Below are positions 26,751 through 34,559 of a stretch of DNA of 64,000 nt, in pieces (position 1 is the first letter of the stretch; each line of letters opens with the position of its first letter). Origin of the DNA: a virus (taxonomy: Duplodnaviria > Caudoviricetes); IMG/VR virus record IMGVR_UViG_3300044634_000910, positions 1 to 64,000 of that record. One strand, 5' to 3'. The position numbers were made by a program, and so were the translations under genes. The notes beneath the pieces are model-generated. The model did no database searches. It worked only from the letters and a program-made list of their open reading frames with translations, and was not told the origin of the DNA.

Positions 26751-27310
26751 TTTTTCCCTATTTCTATGTTTGGCATAATATCAATCAATAAATGCACTCT
26801 ATCTATTTTACTACCATTCTTTACAAAATGAGTTCTTGAGTTATTGATTTCCCAGCATTCCCCAGTACCCATCTTAACTTGTTCATCACCTACGCCAAAA
26901 AATACATCATCAGAAGTCACAATTGGTATGTGATTTCTTTTTGAAAGCATAAGATAATCTCCTGAGTCATGGTGTGGTGCTATGTCCTGACCTGCCTTTA
27001 ACTTAATCAAAAGTACCATACCTCTAACTCCGTCTTGTGTTTTTTCAAGGTCTGACACTATTGGCTCAAGCAGTTCAAGCAAATTCTTGTCGTTGGATGT
27101 AGTCTCAGTGGCAAACTCACTACCCTCTTTCCAACGAAGGTCTGCAGTATAAACAAAATATGAGTTTGTATCTTTATGAACATAGTGCTTATCTTGCCTT
27201 GATGTGTTAAGAAACCATTCTTTAGAAAAACTATCTATGTAATTTTTGATTGGCTCAACATCATATTTTCCATGATGCTTAAAATTAAAGTCTTCCAATG
27301 TTTTTCTCAT
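26747..27310 (-). CDS. Aspartyl/asparaginyl beta-hydroxylase-like 2OG oxygenase
   Basis: PHHD, RNHIPIVT, WEINN..TH.V.N and RVHLLID motifs. Confidence 0.85.
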   Translation of the reverse strand: MRKTLEDFNFKHHGKYDVEPIKNYIDSFSKEWFLNTSRQDKHYVHKDTNSYFVYTADLRWKEGSEFATETTSNDKNLLELLEPIVSDLEKTQDGVRGMVLLIKLKAGQDIAPHHDSGDYLMLSKRNHIPIVTSDDVFFGVGDEQVKMGTGECWEINNSRTHFVKNGSKIDRVHLLIDIMPNIEIGKK

Positions 27311-27891
27311 TTTTTCTCCAGGGTTTTACTAAAATCTTTAGAATATTCAAAGTTTATGAAATCAGAACTGTATAGTTCCTGAGTCATATCTATTGCTTTT
27401 TCTGTGTAGTCTTCCATATATGATTCTACCACATAGTTTCCTAAATTATAAAACCCAAGTGTCCACCCAAGTTCATTCTCTAACTCTTTTAAGTTTTCAA
27501 ACCTATATAATCTATTAACCTGTAGGCTGCCATTATCAATAATATAAAATGATTGTGGAAGATGCAATAGTGGGCTTATCGGAGATATATTGTTTTGCCT
27601 AATATTGTCTAAATATTTTACAAAAGATATATCTGTCTTGTTAACCTTATTAAATTGCTTATAACAACTATAAGTCCTTGTGTATGGATTTCTTACAACA
27701 GAAAAAGAAAAAACACTCTCATCAATTTTGTTTGCTTCCTTTAGATAGGAATAAGGGTCATGGTGTCTTGGCCATGCCCTATTCCAGTTATCTAAATTAT
27801 TATCGTTCAGCACCTTAGAGATGGACGAGCCAGCAGTCTTTGGGATGTGAACAAACAAAACGTGAGAATATTGCTTTTCTTTTATAAGCAT
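27307..27891 (-). CDS. Sulfotransferase family protein
   Basis: FVHIPKTAGSSI, VRNPYTR..S.Y, H..PQ and RFENL motifs. Confidence 0.85.
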   Translation of the reverse strand: MLIKEKQYSHVLFVHIPKTAGSSISKVLNDNNLDNWNRAWPRHHDPYSYLKEANKIDESVFSFSVVRNPYTRTYSCYKQFNKVNKTDISFVKYLDNIRQNNISPISPLLHLPQSFYIIDNGSLQVNRLYRFENLKELENELGWTLGFYNLGNYVVESYMEDYTEKAIDMTQELYSSDFINFEYSKDFSKTLEKK

Positions 27892-27897
27892 ACTAGT

Positions 27898-28125
27898 TTA
27901 ACTAACTAGTTTTTGTCGCTCATCAAGTACCGTCAAAGCAAAGGACATCATCTTCTTGTACCCATCTTTGTTGTTCATGATGTTGTTGTAATGGTGACCA
28001 CAAAATAGCAGGTATCCGCTAATACCAGAGACCTTTACCAAAGCCTCAGCGTTGCACCTATCGCATCGATCTGCTGGAGATAGTTGCCACTCTTGCCTTA
28101 CTTCATCTTTAACCATTGTAAACAT
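27898..28125 (-). CDS. Small actinobacterial-type zinc-binding protein
   Basis: DRCDRC.A.A...LLFCGHH. Confidence 0.7.
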   Translation of the reverse strand: MFTMVKDEVRQEWQLSPADRCDRCNAEALVKVSGISGYLLFCGHHYNNIMNNKDGYKKMMSFALTVLDERQKLVS

Positions 28126-28129
28126 TATA

Positions 28130-28315
28130 CTACCGCTTTCTGTTATCAGTGGAATAAAATCCACTACCGTTGAATACTGCTCCTATATTAGAGTATACAC
28201 GAACCAGAGGCAGATTGCAAGTTTCGCAATCGTACCCTGGATCGTCTTCTTTAATTGATCTTTCTTTTGTATACCTTTGACCGCAAGGCATACAATCGTA
28301 TTCGTATAATGCCAT
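28130..28315 (-). CDS. FmdB-family zinc-ribbon protein
   Basis: YEYDC..C...C..C...FNGSGFYSTD. Confidence 0.85.
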   Translation of the reverse strand: MALYEYDCMPCGQRYTKERSIKEDDPGYDCETCNLPLVRVYSNIGAVFNGSGFYSTDNRKR

Positions 28316-28426
28316 TATGTTATTTCTTTTTCTTTTCTTTTATATACCAAACAGGCAGTTTTAGTTCATCTCCAGACCATTCATAGCCTAAAGCCTTTAC
28401 AACAAACTTAATAATTTTAATACGCA

Positions 28427-28645
28427 TTATTTTACCTTGTGTCCAAACTTTGCCCAGACTCTCTCATGTAGGTAATAGAATGTCATTTCTAATGCCATGT
28501 ATGAAAGTGCATATAGTCCAACATACTCCCATTCAGCCTCACCATAAATTATATGGCTTGCTGCAAATAAAATTCCAGCAACAAAAGTAAAATGTACAAA
28601 TGGCCAACTGATTGTTTTTAGTAGTGATTTCTTTTTAGATTCCAT
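28427..28645 (-). CDS. DUF2061 membrane protein
   Basis: ESKKKSLLKTISW...YYLHERVW. Confidence 0.8.
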   Translation of the reverse strand: MESKKKSLLKTISWPFVHFTFVAGILFAASHIIYGEAEWEYVGLYALSYMALEMTFYYLHERVWAKFGHKVK

Positions 28646-29292
28646 TATAGAGCCACTGGACCCTTTCCTCCGCCACCAGATGACTTCTTTGCAGTAGGCT
28701 TAATTTCCTTTGGTTCTGCCTTCTTAACTGGTGCTGCAGAGGTTGCAGATGTAACAATCTTATTTAATAGTGGAGCATTCTCTTCACCAGTGTAAACTGG
28801 ACGGCCCCAACCAACAACAGCGTTAACCAACTTCTTCTTGTTGTTCTTTACATATGCACGAGTCTTCTCTACGCACATTCCGCCGTTGCGCTGATCTCCC
28901 TTTGCAGTTCCTGAAGTGTTTCCTTCAATAACTTGAATAGTTCCATCACCATTATTCTTAATGCAAAGACCAACATGTGAAATGCGATTTACACCATCTT
29001 CTGGGAAATCAAAATAGATCCAGTCTCCTGGAGTTGGATCATCATTACGAGCATCTGACCAACGCTCAGCCTTCTTAAACCAGTCTGCTGCTGCTACTGT
29101 TGATGCAGACTTAGGGAATGACTTTACCCCCGCAGTAAATGCTGACCAAGAAACAAACGATTGGCACCATGGTTGGAAGTTTACCTTAATCCATGCACCG
29201 TACTTTGTTTCGTTATCCTTTGGGCCTTCAATTGTGCCCACTTCTTTCTTTGCAACCTCAATGATTGCTTCTACTGATCCTTTTGCTGCCAT
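28645..29292 (-). CDS. CHAP-domain amidase (putative endolysin)
   Basis: QPWCQSFVSW, SHVG, IEGNT and GWGRP motifs. Confidence 0.85.
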   Translation of the reverse strand: MAAKGSVEAIIEVAKKEVGTIEGPKDNETKYGAWIKVNFQPWCQSFVSWSAFTAGVKSFPKSASTVAAADWFKKAERWSDARNDDPTPGDWIYFDFPEDGVNRISHVGLCIKNNGDGTIQVIEGNTSGTAKGDQRNGGMCVEKTRAYVKNNKKKLVNAVVGWGRPVYTGEENAPLLNKIVTSATSAAPVKKAEPKEIKPTAKKSSGGGGKGPVAL

Positions 29293-29348
29293 TTTATTCC
29301 TCCTTGTAGGTATGACAATATAATTATATCATGACAGGGTATGCCCAT

Positions 29349-29936
29349 TTATAGGGATTGCCATCTCAAATATTTTCTGTATCCTTCTAAATCTACTACA
29401 TTTGGATCTACCCACCAATCCTCATGGTACTCTCTAACAACCAGTGAGTAGCCAAGTGAATCTAAAATCTCTCGTTGGGCATCTCTTATTGCAACATTTC
29501 TCCAATACATATTTGCATCATGCTCAAATGAAATAACTGTAAATCTATACTTATTTAATGGGACAGCAATAAGTCCGTGCAAAGATTGATGGGCATTCCC
29601 ATCAGGTCTTCCATTGAGTTTGTATCCAGAGTCAATGTCTACCTGCAAATAATCAATCTGCTTTGGAAATCTATTTTCTTCAAAGTATCTCACATAATCA
29701 AATTTTGTTGCATCGCCAAGAATACATGGGTTCTTTCTATTTTCTGAAACTTCTTTATGCAATTCTGGAACAATTTCAAAAGACACACCCTTCCAGTCAA
29801 ACTCTGTTTCTAGTCTATATGTGTTACTTCCTTTTACAGAATGATATGCTCCAAGTTCTACATAGTACCCGCCAGTTTTTTTGTCTAATAAGTCTATTAC
29901 AAATTCTTCTTGTCTGCTTGTTGGTGCAACCTGCAT
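29349..29936 (-). CDS. FkbM-like methyltransferase
   Basis: YVELGA...SNTY.LE..W.G, IDYLQVDID, FEHD and EDWWV motifs. Confidence 0.75.
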   Translation of the reverse strand: MQVAPTSRQEEFVIDLLDKKTGGYYVELGAYHSVKGSNTYRLETEFDWKGVSFEIVPELHKEVSENRKNPCILGDATKFDYVRYFEENRFPKQIDYLQVDIDSGYKLNGRPDGNAHQSLHGLIAVPLNKYRFTVISFEHDANMYWRNVAIRDAQREILDSLGYSLVVREYHEDWWVDPNVVDLEGYRKYLRWQSL

Positions 29937-29961
29937 TGTTATCCCTTTCATTGGTTTTGCG

Positions 29962-30034
29962 CTGCCCCACCTGGCCTCGATCCAGGGACATCCGAATTAA
30001 CAGTTCGGCACTCTACCAACTGAGTTATAGGGCA
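29962..30034 (-). tRNA. tRNA-Asn(GTT)
   Basis: Acceptor TGCCCTA/TGGGGCA; CCGAA-CTGTTAA-TTCGG; atypical T loop ATCGAGG. Confidence 0.9.
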
Positions 30035-30037
30035 TTG

Positions 30038-30065
30038 AGGCAGTTTTAAGTCATACCAAGGACTT
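30038..30065 (-). ncRNA. Small H-type pseudoknot motif, copy 6 (variant S2)
   Basis: AAGTC-CTT-GGTA-T-GACTT-AAAAC-TGCC-T; lies between the peptidase stop and tRNA-Asn. Confidence 0.65.
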
Positions 30066-30069
30066 TTAA

Positions 30070-30963
30070 TTAGTTACGAGTATAAGATGTAGTGCCAATT
30101 AAAATCTTTGGAAGAGACAAGAGGTACTCTCCAAAAGTCTTATGTGTATTTCTATTTACATATGATGCTGCTGATACTGCAGTTGCTACAGAACTTCCAG
30201 CAGTTTCAATTGGTGAACCATTATACTTAGTAATGCTTACTTTCCCAGGTGCAACCATATCAAGACCAGGACCTGTGTTGGTTAGTCCCTCAAGTTGAGT
30301 TGCGTTTCCAAGTGCTCCTACTCCAATAACACCGTTAACGCATGATGGAAAACCAACCACATCTTTTCGTCTATCATTTCCTGTTGCAGCGAACACTGGA
30401 ATATTGTTTGCATTTAGAGATGCAACTGAATCAATTACGACTGTACTTTTTGAGCATAGTGCAAGGTTGTTAGCACTTACTGAAGACTGACTAATTGATA
30501 AAGCATCGATGCTGTACTTTGATGCATTCTTTGATACCCAGTCAATTGCTGAGGTTAGTGCTCTTACATCTCCTCGTGAGTTTCCAAGACTTGTAACATC
30601 ACTAAATCTAATAAAAACAATCTTTAGATTTGGATTAACTGTTAGTGCAGCCTTTACCATTTGGTCTCCGTGAAAAGTTGAATTGTTAAGATCAAAGTTG
30701 GTGCTGTTCTTTTGCAAAGGCCATGGTGCGGATGCTGCTCCTGGACCTTCCATAAATAGTTCTCCGTTAGGACATGACATGTTCTGAGTAACAATCTTAG
30801 ACTTTACAGTAGTAAAGCAAACCTCATGAATAATTGATGGAAAATTCTTTGCATTAATTGCTGTGTCAATAATTGCCAAGACTCTTTCATCTTGTGCTTG
30901 TGCTGGTGCAATTGCTGTAAATGCAAGTGCGATTGTTAGTAGTGATAGTAGTACTTTCTTCAT
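30070..30963 (-). CDS. Secreted subtilisin-like (S8) peptidase
   Basis: Signal peptide; IIDTA, HGDQM, AATGND and GSSVATA motifs. Confidence 0.8.
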   Translation of the reverse strand: MKKVLLSLLTIALAFTAIAPAQAQDERVLAIIDTAINAKNFPSIIHEVCFTTVKSKIVTQNMSCPNGELFMEGPGAASAPWPLQKNSTNFDLNNSTFHGDQMVKAALTVNPNLKIVFIRFSDVTSLGNSRGDVRALTSAIDWVSKNASKYSIDALSISQSSVSANNLALCSKSTVVIDSVASLNANNIPVFAATGNDRRKDVVGFPSCVNGVIGVGALGNATQLEGLTNTGPGLDMVAPGKVSITKYNGSPIETAGSSVATAVSAASYVNRNTHKTFGEYLLSLPKILIGTTSYTRN

Positions 30964-30980
30964 TGTTTTCTCCTTGTTTA

Positions 30981-31199
30981 TTATTGTTTGATTTTTAAAA
31001 CTACTTGGCAAGGGTCTCCGCCCTCTTCCCATTCTTGCTGTTCTTCATCTGTCATATAGGGATCTCCCTCATGAGTGTTGCAGAACGGCTCTGTTACCCA
31101 TCCCCGCTCAATTCCATTTTCAAGCCAGATCTCAAACTCATCAAAGTCTGACTCTATGTTCTGAATGTCCTTTAGGATCTCTTCAAATTCTTCGCTCAT
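30981..31199 (-). CDS. Acidic hypothetical protein
   Basis: CNTHEG...GGDPC; leaderless promoter. Confidence 0.7.
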   Translation of the reverse strand: MSEEFEEILKDIQNIESDFDEFEIWLENGIERGWVTEPFCNTHEGDPYMTDEEQQEWEEGGDPCQVVLKIKQ

Positions 31200-31214
31200 A
31201 TTATAAGTATACTC

Positions 31215-31739
31215 CTAAGCGCTTATGATGTCAACTGGTCCCATGCAGGATGGGTTAAATTTAATTGCTGCAGATACTGCCTGTTGTACTCTATTCCTTG
31301 CATTTTTTTGTTTGTCTGTTGCATACATTACTCCATATGCATACTCTGAACCAGAGCCAATAGAAATATATGGCAATGAGTATTTAGACAAAGACATATC
31401 TCCAGAACTATGCTCGTATATTTCTCCACGAATACCAATAATCAAACTAAGTTCTCCATCTTTAGATGTATCAATCCAAAACTCGTTATAGAATTCACGA
31501 AGTTCTTTAATGAACTTAGTATGCATATACTTATCTGTGTCTTTAATGTTAGGTGCTGATGGTCTAAAGTTGTGTCTAATTCTGTCACCATCCATTGATC
31601 CAGCGTATCCGATTAAATAAGGTCCAACTTTCCAAACCTTTGGTGATTCAAGTGCAAGGATTACTCCGTCATCTGATGCTCCACGATCTCCAGCCATATA
31701 AATCTTTTCTTCATGGCGTAAAGCAACAATACAGGTCAT
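31215..31739 (-). CDS. Ntn-hydrolase (HslV/proteasome-beta-like) protein
   Basis: N-terminal (M)TCIVAL, AGD, GYAG and IGSGS motifs. Confidence 0.8.
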   Translation of the reverse strand: MTCIVALRHEEKIYMAGDRGASDDGVILALESPKVWKVGPYLIGYAGSMDGDRIRHNFRPSAPNIKDTDKYMHTKFIKELREFYNEFWIDTSKDGELSLIIGIRGEIYEHSSGDMSLSKYSLPYISIGSGSEYAYGVMYATDKQKNARNRVQQAVSAAIKFNPSCMGPVDIISA

Positions 31740-31816
31740 GACAAAGCCCTCTCCAGATAGGTGATACTCAAGTATACCATTGCCCAGAGAGGGCTGTCAA
31801 CTAAGGTCAATAATGA

Positions 31817-32101
31817 CTAATTAGCCTTTTTGTCTACCGTCTTAAACGCATCATTGATTTCTGCCAATGTGAGTTTTCCATCGTCCAAAAAAGCCCTTGC
31901 CAGTCTTTCAATGACAGTTGCTACGCCTAATAGTCCTGCTAAGAATACTGCCTGTATTGTGTCAATTCCTACAACTGCTCCAGCACCAAGTACTGATAGA
32001 CCAGAAGCAGCGAAAACTGCTACGATTCTCATCAAGATATTAGTGATTGCCTTTTGTGGGTGCTCCTTCTTGGGAGGCTCTACTACCTTTTTAGTTGCCA
32101 T
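31817..32101 (-). CDS. Small membrane protein
   Basis: Two TM segments followed by DDGKLTLAEI; GGAGG RBS. Confidence 0.7.
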   Translation of the reverse strand: MATKKVVEPPKKEHPQKAITNILMRIVAVFAASGLSVLGAGAVVGIDTIQAVFLAGLLGVATVIERLARAFLDDGKLTLAEINDAFKTVDKKAN

Positions 32102-32103
32102 AT

Positions 32104-32310
32104 TTAGTCCTCCTTTCTTAGTGGGATTGTTATTAGCCAGATTACTGTGGTTGCAAGTACTGCAATACCAACAATGTCTCTTGCTGATCCCGTCAAAGTT
32201 AACCATGCTATGAAGAAGCCAAGGAGGGTAAAGGCTTGTGCGATTATTTCCACCCCTGCATCTTTTATCCATGTGAAGAATCCCTTCACAACCTTTTTGA
32301 TTATTTTCAT
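32104..32310 (-). CDS. Small membrane protein
   Basis: Two TM segments; GAGGAGG RBS. Confidence 0.7.
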   Translation of the reverse strand: MKIIKKVVKGFFTWIKDAGVEIIAQAFTLLGFFIAWLTLTGSARDIVGIAVLATTVIWLITIPLRKED

Positions 32311-32311
32311 A

Positions 32312-34453
32312 TTACCTCCTCATCCCAATCATTACGTTTGCAATCTGTGAAACAATGATTACTGGGATAATGACTTCCTGGGCTTTTTCTCTCTGATCAT
32401 CTGTCATGTCCATACCTAATTCAGAGAAATTAGATAGGAGTTCTGCTACATCCACTTCAAATACTGCACCAAGTGGATCCTCAAGAAATGCCTCTGTTTG
32501 TACTTCTGTTACTGCATCTGCTAATGTAAATGGCATTGGTGTATCCCCTGCTGATTCTGCTCTATCTGTAAACTCAACGAATGCTTCTGCCAGTGCTGGG
32601 TTAGACTTCATCTGCTCAGCAATCTGTGCAACTTCTGACGGCTTAATACCAAGGTCTTCTGCAACTTCTACTTTTGCTTCTTGCGTCAATGCTTTGAGTG
32701 TTTGGCTAACTGCTGTAACTTGTTCAGGGGAAAGAGTAACTAACTTATTATCCTTGCTTGTAAGGTTAGCAATAACTCCAGATAAATCTTCTGATGTACC
32801 AGTTCCCTTTTCAGGAATGAGGGCTGCTAATACTTCATCTTTGATTTCTGCATCTGGTTCAGTCCAAGGATTATCTTCTGGCTCTGGATCTGGTCCAGGT
32901 TCTGGGGAAGGCTCTGGGGTAGGTTCTTCAGTAGGATCTACAACTGGCTCCTCAGTTGGTTCTGGATCTGGTGTAACCTCTGGGGTAGGTTCAGGTGTAG
33001 GCTCGTCTGTAGGGTCTACTGTAGGCTCTGGAGAAGGCTCTGGTGTAGGTTCTTCAGTTGGTTCATCTGTTGGGTCTGGGGATGGCTCTGGTGTAGGTTC
33101 TTCAGTTGGCTCTTCAGTCGGTTCTGGAGAAGGTTCTGGTGTGGGTTCTGGGGTAGGCTGATTGGCTGCAGCATTTGCTGCTGCTTGAGCAATAGCAGCA
33201 TTAAGTTCTCTTTCTGCCTGATAATAATAATATTCCCAAGCATCACTAATAGCATTATTTAAGTCAAGGATTGACTGATTGTATATTTCTATTCTGCTAT
33301 TCTTCAACTCTAAAGCATCTTCTGTATCTGCAACTGCATCAAGATGTTCTTGTGTCTTTGTTTGCAATACCTGGTTCATTGATGACAGTGTTGAATTTTC
33401 AGAGTTGTATACGCTTAGTTTGTCATTGTATACTGCCAATTTATTGTTATAGTTTGTTTGTGCTATAGCCTGTGCTGCAACAGCATCATTGTAAGCATTT
33501 AACTGTGATTGAGTTGGTCCTGATCCAGAGGAAAATGTATTAAGATTACAACTAAAATTTTGTCCCCATACTCTTGGGTTTCCAGCATAATCACATCCTG
33601 CACCAGTCCACCCTCCAGGGATTCCCCAGCCAAGAAGGTAGGAACCTGGTCCTCCACCGTTATACCACCATATTTCTACATCTAAAGTTTTGTCTTCACT
33701 AACATCATATACGGGAGAGTAATCGCTCCAAGTTGTCCCTTGCTCTACCCAGTTATCAACAGCAAGTTGTCCGTCAACATACATCCTAAAACCATCATCC
33801 GTATATCCTGCAAAGTAGGTTTGTGTAAACCATGAAGGGACTGTTATCTGTCCAGTAAATTTAACTATAAGGTTTTCATATCTATTTCCGCACACTGGAA
33901 GTTGCATGCTGCTTGAGTTCCAGGTGCCAGAACAAAGAACAGATCCTGGGGTAGCAACATTACCCTGTCTAACAAGAGTGTAAACAGTGTATGCCAAACC
34001 TGTTCCTCCAGCACTCTGCATATTTGATTGAGTGGTTTGAACATTAATGTTGGCTATGCTTAGTGCATCTTGAGCATCATTCTTTTCTTCAAGAGCGTTC
34101 TCTTTATGTTCAAGGGCCAAGGCTACTGTGGCTGTCTGACCATCCACATTTGACTGGGCAAGGTTCTTTGCTTCTAAGGCTGTGGCTTCTGCTTCTACTG
34201 CATCTTCGTGGGCATCATAGGCATCATCTTTAAGTTCCTTCGCATTTGTGGCTGAGGCAAACTTATTTTCTGCTATCTCTATAAGATCTATAAAATCATC
34301 TTGGTAGCCAAGATCGTCTACGCTATCGTTAAGTTCCTGTATTTCTTGGGCTGCAACTGTGAGTGGATCGTCAGAGTGGGCACCTTCTGGGGAGATAATG
34401 AGCCAGCCGAATGCTAAAAGTGTGGCTGCTAGTATGCGTATTAGTCTTTTAAT
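32312..34453 (-). CDS. Secreted/surface protein with PA14-like domain, coiled coils and Pro/Thr/Glu linker; probable ATT start
   Basis: Frame is open to ATT at 34453, giving a signal peptide; TDDGFRMYVDG and WWYNGGG PA14-like motifs; (EPT/EPS)n repeats. Confidence 0.75.
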   Translation of the reverse strand: MKRLIRILAATLLAFGWLIISPEGAHSDDPLTVAAQEIQELNDSVDDLGYQDDFIDLIEIAENKFASATNAKELKDDAYDAHEDAVEAEATALEAKNLAQSNVDGQTATVALALEHKENALEEKNDAQDALSIANINVQTTQSNMQSAGGTGLAYTVYTLVRQGNVATPGSVLCSGTWNSSSMQLPVCGNRYENLIVKFTGQITVPSWFTQTYFAGYTDDGFRMYVDGQLAVDNWVEQGTTWSDYSPVYDVSEDKTLDVEIWWYNGGGPGSYLLGWGIPGGWTGAGCDYAGNPRVWGQNFSCNLNTFSSGSGPTQSQLNAYNDAVAAQAIAQTNYNNKLAVYNDKLSVYNSENSTLSSMNQVLQTKTQEHLDAVADTEDALELKNSRIEIYNQSILDLNNAISDAWEYYYYQAERELNAAIAQAAANAAANQPTPEPTPEPSPEPTEEPTEEPTPEPSPDPTDEPTEEPTPEPSPEPTVDPTDEPTPEPTPEVTPDPEPTEEPVVDPTEEPTPEPSPEPGPDPEPEDNPWTEPDAEIKDEVLAALIPEKGTGTSEDLSGVIANLTSKDNKLVTLSPEQVTAVSQTLKALTQEAKVEVAEDLGIKPSEVAQIAEQMKSNPALAEAFVEFTDRAESAGDTPMPFTLADAVTEVQTEAFLEDPLGAVFEVDVAELLSNFSELGMDMTDDQREKAQEVIIPVIIVSQIANVMIGMRR
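32870..33160 (-). repeat. Coding low-complexity PTPE/PTEE repeats
   Basis: Repeated EPTPEPSP(E/D)PT units. Confidence 0.85.
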
Positions 34454-34513
34454 TTACCTTTCCCCCTTGCAGACCTGATGTCTGATAGGATGATTATACC
34501 ATTTTATTGCACA

Positions 34514-34545
34514 AAAAAGGGGCTACCATAATTGGCAACCCCTTT
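34514..34545 (-). terminator. Intrinsic terminator
   Basis: AAAGGGGTTGCC..GGTAGCCCC followed by a T-tract, after the 34560 stop. Confidence 0.75.
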
Positions 34546-34559
34546 AGTGTTGGACTAAA

